DNA of 64,000 nucleotides, taken from positions 16,804,001 through 16,868,000 of the forward strand of contig CM075990.1 in NCBI GenBank assembly GCA_038087875.1, in the 5' to 3' direction. The stretch's first letter is position 1; every line of letters starts with the position of its first letter. This DNA is from Malacoraja senta (taxonomy: Eukaryota). This document shows, one piece after another, positions 25,766 to 36,705 of the stretch. A program made the translations under genes and the position numbers. The notes below the pieces were generated by a model. The model saw only the letters and a list, made by a program, of their open reading frames with translations, ran no database searches and was not told the DNA's origin.

Positions 25766-27211
25766 CCTCACCCATTGGATCCATATCCCTGCAGCCTCTT
25801 CCTTTAAAAACCTTAGACTGGTTGGGATCTGGTGACGTATCTTGCTTTCATCCCATAACATTTTCTAAAAATGTGCCCCTTGTGATAGTGCCAGTCACAG
25901 CTGCTTCCATACTATGTGAAACTAGGGTGCCTAATCTCTTTGGGCGAATTACAGTATCTTCTACCGTGAAGGCTGACGCAAAGTGCCAGCCCCCCTTCCT
26001 TGTTTAGCATTATTACCACCATCGTCCACCAGAAGTCCCACACATATCCTTGCTACCTTTTTCCTTGTTATATATCCACAGAACCCCTTCCTATTTGTTT
26101 CACAATTGCTTGCCATTTTTCCCTCATTATCAATTTTCTCCCTGCTTATCAATTCTTTTAGAGTTTGCCTGCTGATCCTTGTAAAATTCCCAGTTTGCTG
26201 GTATATTCCAGAGACCAAGAGCTGTACAACATAGAGAAAAGGCCTTCAACCCTCCTTGTCCATGCTGACCAAGTTCCCATATGCCCGAGGTTCATAGTTC
26301 ATAAGTTCTAGGAGCAGAATTAGGCTATTCGGCCCATCAAGTCTTTGCCATTCAATCACGGCTCAACCCCATTCTCCTGTTTTCTCCCCATAACCTTCTG
26401 GCCCATAGTCTTCTAAACCTGTCCTACCAATATATCTGTCCAGATATAGAAGGGTCTCGACCCGAAACGTCACCTATTCCTTCGCTCCATAGATGCTGCC
26501 TCACCTGCTGAGTTTCTCCAGCATTTTTGTCTACCTTCGATTTTTCCAACATCTGCAGTTCTTTCTTAAACAATATACCTGTCCAAATGTCTTTTTGAAA
26601 ATCAATAATTGTATCTGCTTCCATCCATCCCCTGGCAGCTAGCTCATCCCCGATACGGACTACCCTTTGAGTGTTGTATGGGCTTTCCCCAGACAGGAGT
26701 ACTCCACAAAGCCATTATGGTGATCGATTATGGAAGGTGCATTGGCTGGACAGGAGCTGGGTCTAGTGTGGTGATTTTTTTAACGCTCTTATGTTGTACA
26801 GATAATGGTGACAGGCCTGGAATTGTAAAATACAAGGCAATTAGACTAAGTAAATACGCTATCAACCCAGAATTAATTCTTCGCACTGGATGCAATCATC
26901 TGCGAGAATGGAGATGCTGGAATTAATAACTGTATATATCATATTGAGGAAGATTAATTTAGCATATTTTTCAATAACAGACATAATTAAAATCTGTAAA
27001 GAGCTGCGGCTTGGAGTTTAGTATCGGCCGTGACACATGAGGAGATAGGCTTGCAATTAATGGGTTTCACAGGCTCACAGCATCGCCAAACATTGAACAA
27101 CTGGTGAAGACGGGTCACCAATGTAATGCAGGAACCAGAGCAGCCAACTTGTGCACAGCTAGTTCCCCAAAGAATGGCAACAAAACCCTTGCCCAGGACT
27201 CTGTGGCAGAT

Positions 27212-27519
27212 ACACAAAAGTGCTGGAGAAAGTCAGCGGGTGCAGCAGCATCTATGGAACGAAGGAAATAGGCAATGTTTCGGGCCGAAACCCTGAAGGT
27301 AATAGGCAACGTTTCGGGCCGAATCCCTGAAGGAAATAGGCAACGTTTCGGGCCGAAACCCGGAAGGAAATAGGCAACGTTTCGGGCCGAAACCCGGAAG
27401 GGTTTCGGGCCGAAACGTTGCCTATTTCCTTCGCTCCATAGATGCTGCTGCACCCGCTGAGTTTCTCCAGCATTTTTGTCTACCTTCGATTTTCCAGCAT
27501 CTGCAGTTCCTTCTTAAAC
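27212..27519. mobile_element. PLE-derived palindrome with internal 34-bp tandem repeat x4
   Basis: GAAGG unit starts at 27261, 27295, 27329, 27363; TSD ACTCTGTGGCAGAT at 27198-27211 and 27520-27533. Confidence 0.88.
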
Positions 27520-27928
27520 ACTCTGTGGCAGATCTACCCTCCTCTTCAAAGTATTGCCACTGAGTCTTGTATCTTGCTGAACAGGTTCTCCGTTTAATAA
27601 AGAGAGTCACAGAGCTAAACAGCATGGAAACATTCCATTCGGCCCATTGTCCATGCTAAACAATTTGGCAAACTGTGCTGGTTCCATTAGCCTGCATTTA
27701 GCCCACGACCCTCAAAACGAATCCATTCCAAATATCTGTCCAAACGTCTTTGTATCCACTTTTTCAGGCATCTCGTTCTAGATACAGACCATCCTGCTGA
27801 GTGAAAAGGTTATCCTTAAAGTCCCTCTATCTCCCTCCCCTCTTGCCTTTAGCCCAGGGGTCGGCAACCTTGTTCTGCATAGGGGCCAGGACGCATTCAT
27901 AGTTGCTGAGGTAGTAGTTAGTTGTTTT

Positions 27929-28405
27929 GAGTTTGAGTTTAGTTTATTGTCACGTGTACCGAGGTACAGTGAAAAGCTTTTGTTGCATGCTATCCTGTCA
28001 GCAGAAAGACTATACATGATTACAATCGAGCCGTCCACAGTGTACAGATACATGATAAGGGAATAATGTGATTAATTCTTAGTGCAAGGTAAAGTCTCAA
28101 CAAAGATAGTCCAAGGTTCTCCAATGAGGTAGATAGTAGTTCAGGATTGCTCTGTGGTTGTTGGTGGGATGTTTCAGTTGCCTGATAACAGCTGGGAAGA
28201 AACTGTCCCTGAATCTGGAGGTGTGCGTTTTCACACTTCTACTCCTTTTGCCCGATGGGAGAGGGGAGAAGAGGGAGTGGCCAGAGTGCGACTGGTCCTT
28301 GATTGTGCTGCTGGCCTTGCCGAGGCAGCGTGAGGTGTAGATGGAGTCAATAGAAGGGAGATTGGTTTGTGTGATGGTCTGGGCTGCGTCCACAATTCTG
28401 TGTAG
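27929..28405 (-). mobile_element. Rex1/Babar-type LINE 3' fragment
   Basis: ORF 28097..28393 contains KDQSHSGHSLFSPLPSGKR...SRFRDSFFP, a Rex1/Babar-like C-terminus from recalled similarity; short-repeat tail. Related tail pieces near 1884-1960, 42285-42367, 46125-46250. Confidence 0.75.
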
Positions 28406-28544
28406 TGTTCAAGAGCCTTATGGTTGCTGGGAAGAAGCTGCCGTTCCATATTGTTCATCCACATTAAGGGCTGAACAACTAGTTTTGTTCTCTGTTGAAA
28501 GGGGTGAAATAAAGACATTCACTAACCAGTCTTTTCTGATTTAG

Positions 28545-28587
28545 GGTGCGATCCTGACCACAATGCTTGCAACAAGAAACTTCTCAG
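28545..28587 (+). CDS. CAMK2G: CaMKII exon, 43 nt (GAILTTMLATRNFS), inhibitory TT site
   Basis: ACTAAC branch-like motif 28521-28526, ttAG acceptor, GTATGT donor; phase 0 to 1. Confidence 0.96.
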
Positions 28588-29749
28588 GTATGTTTATACG
28601 GATCACTTCTGTAGCATGCTATTGCGTATAATGGAGACAGAAACCAAGGCTGTTCGATAAAGGATGACGTGTTTATAGAATATTGCTGTCCGCATTATTT
28701 TAACACGCGCACAAATTTGTAAAATATGTTAGAATGCCAAGTAAAGCAACTTTATAGGTTAGTTTGTACTTGTCCATCCAATATCGCAGCTTCTAACCTT
28801 AAGGTACAGGGTTATTATTCTCACATATACCGAGCTGCAGCAAAGAGGTTTGTTTTGCATGCTATCCAAACACACCAGATAATGCTAAACTTAAATACAA
28901 TTGGTAGAACAAAGGGGAAGATGCAGAATGCAGAATATAGTTCTCAGCATTTTGGCGTAAACGACTTATATTGGAATGAATCTCCCTTTAGGAATCAGGA
29001 CATTTGCTGAGAATTAGCAGAACTTTCCATTTGACATATGAGCGATTTTCCTAACCTTGTAGTAATTTAAGGCGTAATAAATGTCTGAGCCCTCTGAATA
29101 GATCACCGTCTGGACTTTCTCCCCCAGCCCAGAAATGTTGCAGGTTGGCATTAATCGGCAAGATGTCTGGGAACAATTGTCATTTTATAAGCTTCTACAA
29201 AATGTACTCTTTATTCACTGTGAGAATGAGAGCTCTGCTGGCAGAGAGAGTGAGGTCTCCACTGTCATTGCCTCTCGAGAGGTGCTGATAGACTCCTGCT
29301 GTCCATGGATCCACAGAATTATTGGGTCAGGAGTTTCAATATTCTCTGAACGGGAAATTGCTTTATGTGTGCCTTTTACACAAAATCAATCGAACCATTT
29401 AATTCTTCTGTAGCGCCATTATATTTATTGGTTACATTACAGTGAATCGGTCTTGCGACTTCCTGAACTACTTGCCCAAACCATCTAGAGTGTTCCATTA
29501 GAACTAATGATGCTTTGGTTCAGTCATGGTTCATTATTTAGCAAGGCTTATGTTTGAGAAACAATTATTATGATCTTTGGTTTCCTCCCACACTCTAAAG
29601 ACATACAGGTATGTAGGTTAATTGGCTTGGTGTATGTGTAAATTGTCCCTAGTGGGATAGTGTTAGTGTGCGGGGATCGTTGGTCGGCGCGGACTCGATG
29701 GGCCGAAGGTCCTGTTTCCGCGCTGTATCTCTAAACTAAACTAAGAAGA

Positions 29750-30182
29750 ATAATGCTGGAGGGCCTCAATAGATCAAGCAGCATCTGTGGATGGAAACAG
29801 ACAGGCAACGTTACAGATTAGGGGACTTCTTCAGACAGTTCTTCATACCTTCTGGCAGATAGACCTCCACCATGGTGAGGCCAGTTGCCAGCTCTCTGAC
29901 ATCTCCTCATATTTACCCCTTGATCTAGACTCCACTGACGCCCACCAGGCCATCATCTCCCAAAGCATCACTGGTCTTATCACCTCTGGCGATCTCCCCA
30001 CCACATTATTGTTCCCCAACCCCACACTGCCTCTTTCTATCTCCTTCCCAGTCTGAAACACACCGAACCGAAACGTTGCCTGTCCATTTTCCTCTACAGA
30101 TGCTGCCTGACATGCTGAGTTTCTTCAGCAGTTTGTTTTTTTTGGCTCAAGATTTCCAGCATCGGCAGTTCCCTGTGTCTCC
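29750..30182. mobile_element. Older PLE derivative: internal RT-region fragment between inverted terminal arms
   Basis: EASCQLSDISSYLPLDLDSTDAHQAIISQSITGLITSGDLPTT (ORF 29787) resembles the region N-terminal to PLE RT (recalled); flanked by diverged GCAGCATCT / AGATGCTGC arms. Confidence 0.6.
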
Positions 30183-31564
30183 AAGGGGAATGATGGCATA
30201 ACTCGCATTATAAGGGAGTAAGGTAGACCAAAAAGCTGGAGAAACTCAGCGGGTGAGGCAGCATTTACGGAGCGAAGGAATAGGCGACGTTTCGGGTCGA
30301 GACCCTTGTTCAAGATCTTCTAAGTTGCCTGACAAGTGGGGAGAGTGGGTATAAATGCTTAAGGAACAAAGAAGATAATTAAAAGCTTTGCCAATGATGA
30401 TGGGTTGAATAGGGAGGTGGGCAGGGGGTGGGGGATATCACTCAAGGTATCCATAGCAGCATCCCACGCGTTTAATAGATGGTGAGTTTTTAAAGTGATG
30501 GATGCCGTCAACATATGTTGAAATGCTGGCAAATCAGAAATCTGGCCGGCACATTTTCCTGCGAAAATTAACCCCTTGTGAATGTCCCTGAGGAGTTTGC
30601 ATGCATCGGCATAGCAGAAGCTTAAGTCAAATTCATATGGGCCAAATGCAAGAGTTTGTGGAGGTCTTCCTTGGGCAAGCTGTGGTAGTGTACTGTACCA
30701 TGGATTTTGTAAACTACCCTAAACTTGAACAAGGGTACCAGGCCGAAATGTCTCCTTCCCATTTTCTCCAGAGATGCTGCCTGAACCGCTGATCTACGTC
30801 ATGTGATAAGAGCAGAATTAGGCCATTCGGCCCATTAAGCCTACTCCGCCATTCAATCATGGCTGATCTATCTCTCCATTCATCTTACTCCAGTACTTTG
30901 TGTCTAACGTGGCATCACGTTGGGCAGAGACATTGTGGGCCGAAGGGCCTGTTCCTGTACTCTCTGAGACTGGGGACCAGGATATCTACCTGCAGCCTCC
31001 AGGTAGAGGACAGTCCACCTGAGATGCACAATCACTTACATCTGCACTTTGCGTAAACAAGCCGATTTTGTGCTCAGTTTATTAAAGAACAGATTGAGGC
31101 TCATACGGTTATGAGCTGATGGATGTAGGTCAACCGTGGGCAGCCGTGTCACTCTCCACATAAACCCTGCTGTGATGGGCGAGGGACAGGAGAGGTGGCT
31201 CAGTCACCAGAACCATGCAGCAAAGAAGGTTGTGCACATGCCACCCCCTCCCCTTGTTACCAGTCGCTGCCCATGCACGGAGCGCTGAGCTCAGCAACGC
31301 TAATCCTCCGTTACAAATGGGAGGGACTTTTAATAGGGAATTGCAGCATCTGGAAACAAGTAGGGAATTGCTTTACTCTCCCGTCCCATCCCGGTGCCCC
31401 ACCCATATTCCTTCCTCTGGATTCGCAATTCTCACCTCTTCCACCCTTCTCTCCCATCTCTGGCGTTTGTCCAACCATCTGCCCATCAAAAACGCTCCTC
31501 ACCTGTATCTATCTATCACTTGCAGGGTTTATGTCCCACCTCCCCACTACAATCAGTCCGACCT

Positions 31565-32188
31565 GAAACGTCACCTATCCATGTTCTCCACAGATGCTGC
31601 CTGACCCGCTGAGTTACTCCAGCACTCTGTGAAACGTCACCTATCCATGTTCTCCACAGATGCTGCCTGACCCGCTGAGTTACTCCAGCACTCTGTGAAA
31701 CGTCACCTATCCATGTTCTCCACAGATGCTGCCTGACCCGCTGAGTTACTCCAGCACTCTGTGAAACGTCACCTATCCATGTTCTCCACAGATGCTGCCT
31801 GACCCGCTGAGTTACTCCAGCACTCTGGGAAACGTCACCTATCCATGTTCCGGCAGCATCTATGGAGCGAAGGAAATAGGCAACGTTTCGGCCCGAAACC
31901 CTTCCGGGTTTCGGCCCGAAACGTTGCCTATTTCCTTCAGGGTTTCGGCCCGAAAGGTTGCCCATTTCCTTCGCTCCACAGATGCTGCCTGGCCCGCTGA
32001 GTTACTCCAGCACTCTGTGAAACGTCATCTATCCATGTTCTCCACAGATGCTGCCTGACCCGCTGAGTTACTCCAGCACTCTGTGAAACGTCACCTATCC
32101 ATGTTCTCCACAGATGCTGCCTGACCCGCTGAGTTACTCCAGCACTTTGAGTCTTTTTTGTAAGCCAGCATCTGCAGTTCCTTGTGTT
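31565..32188 (+). repeat. 66-bp tandem array of PLE 3'-end sequence, interrupted by a PLE mini-palindrome (about 31852-31975)
   Basis: Unit starts at 31565, 31631, 31697, 31763, 31829, then 32019 and 32085. Confidence 0.92.
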
Positions 32189-32631
32189 CAAGTATAGGAA
32201 ATTGTTTTGTTTATCGACTGGAGTGCCCACATCTGTAACAACACTGCCTTGTGGCAGTATACTGCGAACATAGAAGAATAGTACAGTACAGGAACGGGCT
32301 GTCTGTGCCGAGCTTGATGCCACGTTAAACTGATCTCATCTGCCTGTACTTGATCCATATCCTTCTAATCCCTGCGCTTCCACGAGCCTATCTAAAAGCA
32401 TCCTAAACACCACTATTGTATCTGCAATGCAATATAATTTCCAGCCTGTCGAGCTGACAGAAGACACGGAGGGGGAGATGAGACCTTCCCTTCAAGATGA
32501 TTGATTGAAACGTCATGGTCATAAGTACTTGGTGCAGTGCAATGCTTTGTTCTACGTATAATACACAAATATGTAGAGAGTCGCCACCATAGTGTGCTGA
32601 CAACGTTGCAAAAGTATTCAATATTGTCCCC

Positions 32632-32971
32632 CTTGCCCATCTTCCTTCTCCATCCCCTACCTCCCCCCCCCCCGTCTCCTACAATCCCCCCATCCCCTGC
32701 CCCCCGACCCCTGCCCCCCCGACCCCTACCGCCCTCCTGTCCCCTATCCCCCCTGTCTCCTACACCCCCCCCCGTCCCCTGCCCCCCCGACCCCTACCCC
32801 CCCACCCCCCCCCCATCTCCTACACCCCCCCCGTCTACTACCTCCTCCCCCGTCTCCTACCCCACCATCCCCTACCCTACATTCCCTAACCCCTCATCCC
32901 CTAACCCCCGTACCCTACCCCCCTCCTCTACCACCACCCCCCCCCCTATCCCCCACCACCCCCCCCCCCCC
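32632..32971. repeat. C-rich low-complexity tract
   Basis: Dense C runs; produces the spurious Pro-rich ORF 32537..33010. Confidence 0.95.
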
Positions 32972-33780
32972 AGAGTTGCCCTTTGTTCTCAGTGGCCTGG
33001 TTCTGGATGAAAGGCAATGTCACTCCTCTTTCTCAGACGTCTGTGAGTACCCCTGTCTCAGCACCCTCTCACTCACCAGACAACGGAGCCTGGAAAATCC
33101 ACGCCACAGGTCGCTTGGCCAAGGGACTTCCCAGAGAGCTGTGGCATCACGGCCCTGATGTGCGACCTGAAAGGGAGATCAAAAGATTCAGCGTTAGCTT
33201 CCAGAAACAGGGGGGGGATTAAATATGTGAAAGGAATAAGATTTGGGGGGGAGAGGGGTATGAACAGGAGGATGGGTCTCGTACCGACTAATCGCTCTCC
33301 GCGCACGATTCCATCAGCTGGAAACTCATTGTCCATCACACTTTCGTACAACCTCCAAGTTGTGCTCCAAAACTGGTTTGGACAATGAAAATATATTTCA
33401 GAATTTCAGAATTTCAAAAGTCAAGAGTGTTTCATTGTCAAATGTCCCAGATAGAACAATGGCATACTGCAAGTAAGTCTGGACTTACCTCTGACAATAA
33501 GAGACACTCTTGACTCTTGAGATTCTGAAATTAATTCTCATAGAGGTGAAGCCTAGTTTTGGAAACGGTGGACAATAGATGATGACTTCCGCGGCAGCCC
33601 AGATAGTAACGATCGGTTCCTATCCTTTGCATGTTTTTAAGTTAAACTCGGTTGGAGATCGGAAGCTGGAGAATCGGATGGAACAAATGGGAGGGATTTA
33701 ATACACATGGGCTTTGCTGTTCCTCTTTTAACCTTTTGAGCCTCCTCGGCTCCTGTCACTAAATCCTTCCCTTCCGATAG

Positions 33781-33840
33781 TTGGCAGGCAGTCTACAGCT
33801 CCGGCGGCAGCCTCAACGGCTGTTGGTCTGGCTGAGCAAG
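33781..33840 (+). CDS. CAMK2G: CaMKII variable linker exon I, 60 nt (VGRQSTAPAAASTAVGLAEQ), homolog of the beta actin-binding / gamma VGRQ exon
   Basis: atAG acceptor after a pyrimidine tract, GTATGT donor, symmetric phase 1-1; VGRQ...GL..Q signature of beta/gamma CaMKII. Confidence 0.92.
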
Positions 33841-34041
33841 GTATGTGCTATTGAACAACAGTGTGAAAAGCAGCATGCCGACTGAGTGCTTTCACCTAAC
33901 TTGGAATGACTCTCATTTAACCATCATTCATCATTGCTTACTGGGGTTACTTTTCCCTTTAGGAAAGCAATAAAGGTATGTGGAATTAAGCAAAATGCAA
34001 ATATATTCGTACAGTAGATACTCGCATGTCCGTATATCAGA

Positions 34042-34361
34042 AACACACACACACACACATGCATGCACGTACATGCGAGTATACACACAAACACAGACAC
34101 ACATGCAACACAACACACACACACATGCATGCACGTACATGCGAGTATACACACAAACACAGACACACATGCAACACAACACACACACACATGCATGCAC
34201 GTACATGCGAGTATACACACGCACGTCTTTATGTGAGTACACACAGGCACTCTCGCACACACTCACACTCACTCACACGCACTTTCACACACACACACAG
34301 CAATACAACACACACACACACTCACACGTACTTTCACACACACACACACACACAGTAACAC

Positions 34362-34394
<33 letters not shown>

Positions 34395-34667
34395 CAACAC
34401 AACACACACACACGCACTTTCACACACACACACACACAACAATACAACACACACACTCACACGCACACGCACTTTCACACACACATAGTAACGCAACACA
34501 CACACACACACACAGCAATACAACACACTCACACGCACTTTCACACACACACACACACAACAATACAACACACACACACACTCACACACTCACATGCACT
34601 TTCACACACACACACAGTAACACACACACACACGCACTTTCACACACACACACACACACTCACACAT
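34042..34667. repeat. Compound (CA)n minisatellite, first part with 66-bp period
   Basis: TGCATG at 34060, 34126, 34192, then degenerate CA-rich units. Confidence 0.95.
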
Positions 34668-36364
34668 CTGTGTGCAGGAGTTTAAGTTGGAGGTTACATT
34701 AAACCTGCCCATCGTACACATATGCATGCACGGTTACAATCCAATGCAGGAGTCCTGTGCTGCGGCAGACAGTGCCACATAAATTAACGTGCACATTGGT
34801 ATGAGGTTGTCTATGTTTTCGAATTGACAGCGGCAGAGCTGGCATATGGGGTTAACATGTGTCTGATTAAATCAGTGTTCACTTTGCAAATGAGCAGCCA
34901 TTTGAAACAAACTTGTGAGCATCGCATTGCAGACACAACGCTGAGGGTTTGAAAACAGATTTTCATCCCGACACTGACAGACTTTCACTGATCCGCTGCT
35001 TATTTGCAGGAACATCTATTGTTTCTGGGTTCCAGCTCCTGCAGTATTCTGCGGGTTGTCATGAGTGTGAGTGTGTGTGCGTGTGTGTGTTATTACAGCT
35101 TGAGCCTGTCAAAGTGCTGTGGTACGCCCGGATTACAGTGAAAAACACATTCTGCTGGAGTATTAGTTGTTGAGTGGAAAGTGTTTAATGCAGAGATCTT
35201 CTGGATGTGGAGATGGAGGGTGGAGCAGTTAGTTGTGCCCAAACAAATCAAACCAAGAGCAAGTATCTGCCCTGCTCCACACCTGATCTGGAAAATCTAT
35301 AAGTGAAAGAGTCATTTTAATCTCAAAAGTCAAGAGTGTTTTATTGTCATGTGTCCCAGACAGAACTATGACAATCTTACTTGCTGCAGCACAACACAAT
35401 ATGTAAACATAGTACACTGTATACAATATAATGAACAAGGGGAAAAAATCAGTGTGTGTATATATACACATGTTCACACATATATACACGCACACACACG
35501 TGTGTGTGTGTGTGTGTGTGTGTGTATGTATATAGGCACACATGCACACATACGTACACATAAACACAGATCTTAGTGCAATAATAGTCTGTGTAGTTCA
35601 GAACTTATTTGGAGGTTGTAGTGTTTAATAGCCTGAACATTCTGGATAATGCTGTGATAACATCTTTGATATTATTTTGAATCAGAAGGAAACAGAGAAC
35701 TCTCTGCATACAAAGTGCACAGCATTAAGCAGTTCTCGCTAGATTCTGGGAGTGTATGATACTTTTCACTGATCTGGTAACTGTAAATCAGGATAGTCAC
35801 ACCCAGAGTGCAGAGAAGGATGGAGGGAATTTCTTCCCGGTTCTTTGTCTGGAAGCATTACACAAGTGATTTTGATGGCAAGTGAAGATTTAATGGAATT
35901 AGGCAAAAAGTGTGGGGAAAAATTGAGGGGAAGGCAACAAGTAAGATTAGAATTGGCCGCATTAATGCAGATATCTGAGCATCATTTCACAGTGATCTGG
36001 CTGTGTGAGGAAAACCTCTGTTCCAGAACTGCAATTAAAAATGTCTGTAAGGCTAATTATTAATACTTAGTTTAGCGAAACCCCCGAGTTTAAAAAAATT
36101 ATTTCACTCGGTTTTGATTTTTATGTTACTGAGCAATTGGAGTTTAATTCGGTGCACGTCAAGTACTGGACAAATGACAAACATAAAACCAAGATTCCCT
36201 CTTAAACATTGGGCCCTTTTACCAGAAGGTATAGGTTTACAGTAAGGAATAGGAGATGTAAAGGAGATTTTGGGGAGATTTTCTTTTACCAAAAGGGTGG
36301 TTCAAATCTGATATATACCCTACGTGACGTTGATGACAGTTACTCTTGCAACATTTATTAAGTA

Positions 36365-36705
36365 CTAGACCAAGTGGGACCCATTGGGTCCCAGTCACAC
36401 GGGAGGCCTGGTCCCCCCAACACAACCCGCCCCCCAAGGCAATATTCCACCACTCACCCATAGCCCCATGGGAGGCCTGGTCCCCCAACACAACCCGCCC
36501 CCCAACGCAATATTCCACCACTCACCCATAGCCCCATGGGAGGCCTGGTCCCCCAACGCAACCCGCCCCCCAACGCAATATTCCACCACTCACCCATAGC
36601 CTCACGGGAGGCCTGGTCCCCCAACACAACCCGCCCCCCAACGCAATATTCCACCACTCAGCCATAGCCCCATGGGAGGCCTGATCCCCCAACGCAACCC
36701 GTTCC
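36365..36705 (-). mobile_element. Putative Helitron 3' end with 68-bp minisatellite (about 4.5 copies)
   Basis: Minus strand ends in palindrome TGGGACCCA-N-TGGGTCCCA (36375-36393), then CTAG followed by T; repeat units at 36401, 36470, 36538, 36606, 36674. Confidence 0.6.

Noticed and set aside
31516..32323. ORFs with a 22-aa repeat
   Set aside because: Reading through the 66-bp PLE-derived tandem array.
32537..33010. Pro-rich 157-aa ORF
   Set aside because: Translation of a C-rich low-complexity tract.
33924..34702. His/Thr- and Cys/Val-rich ORFs here and at 39419-40779
   Set aside because: Translations of (CA)n/(GT)n repeats.
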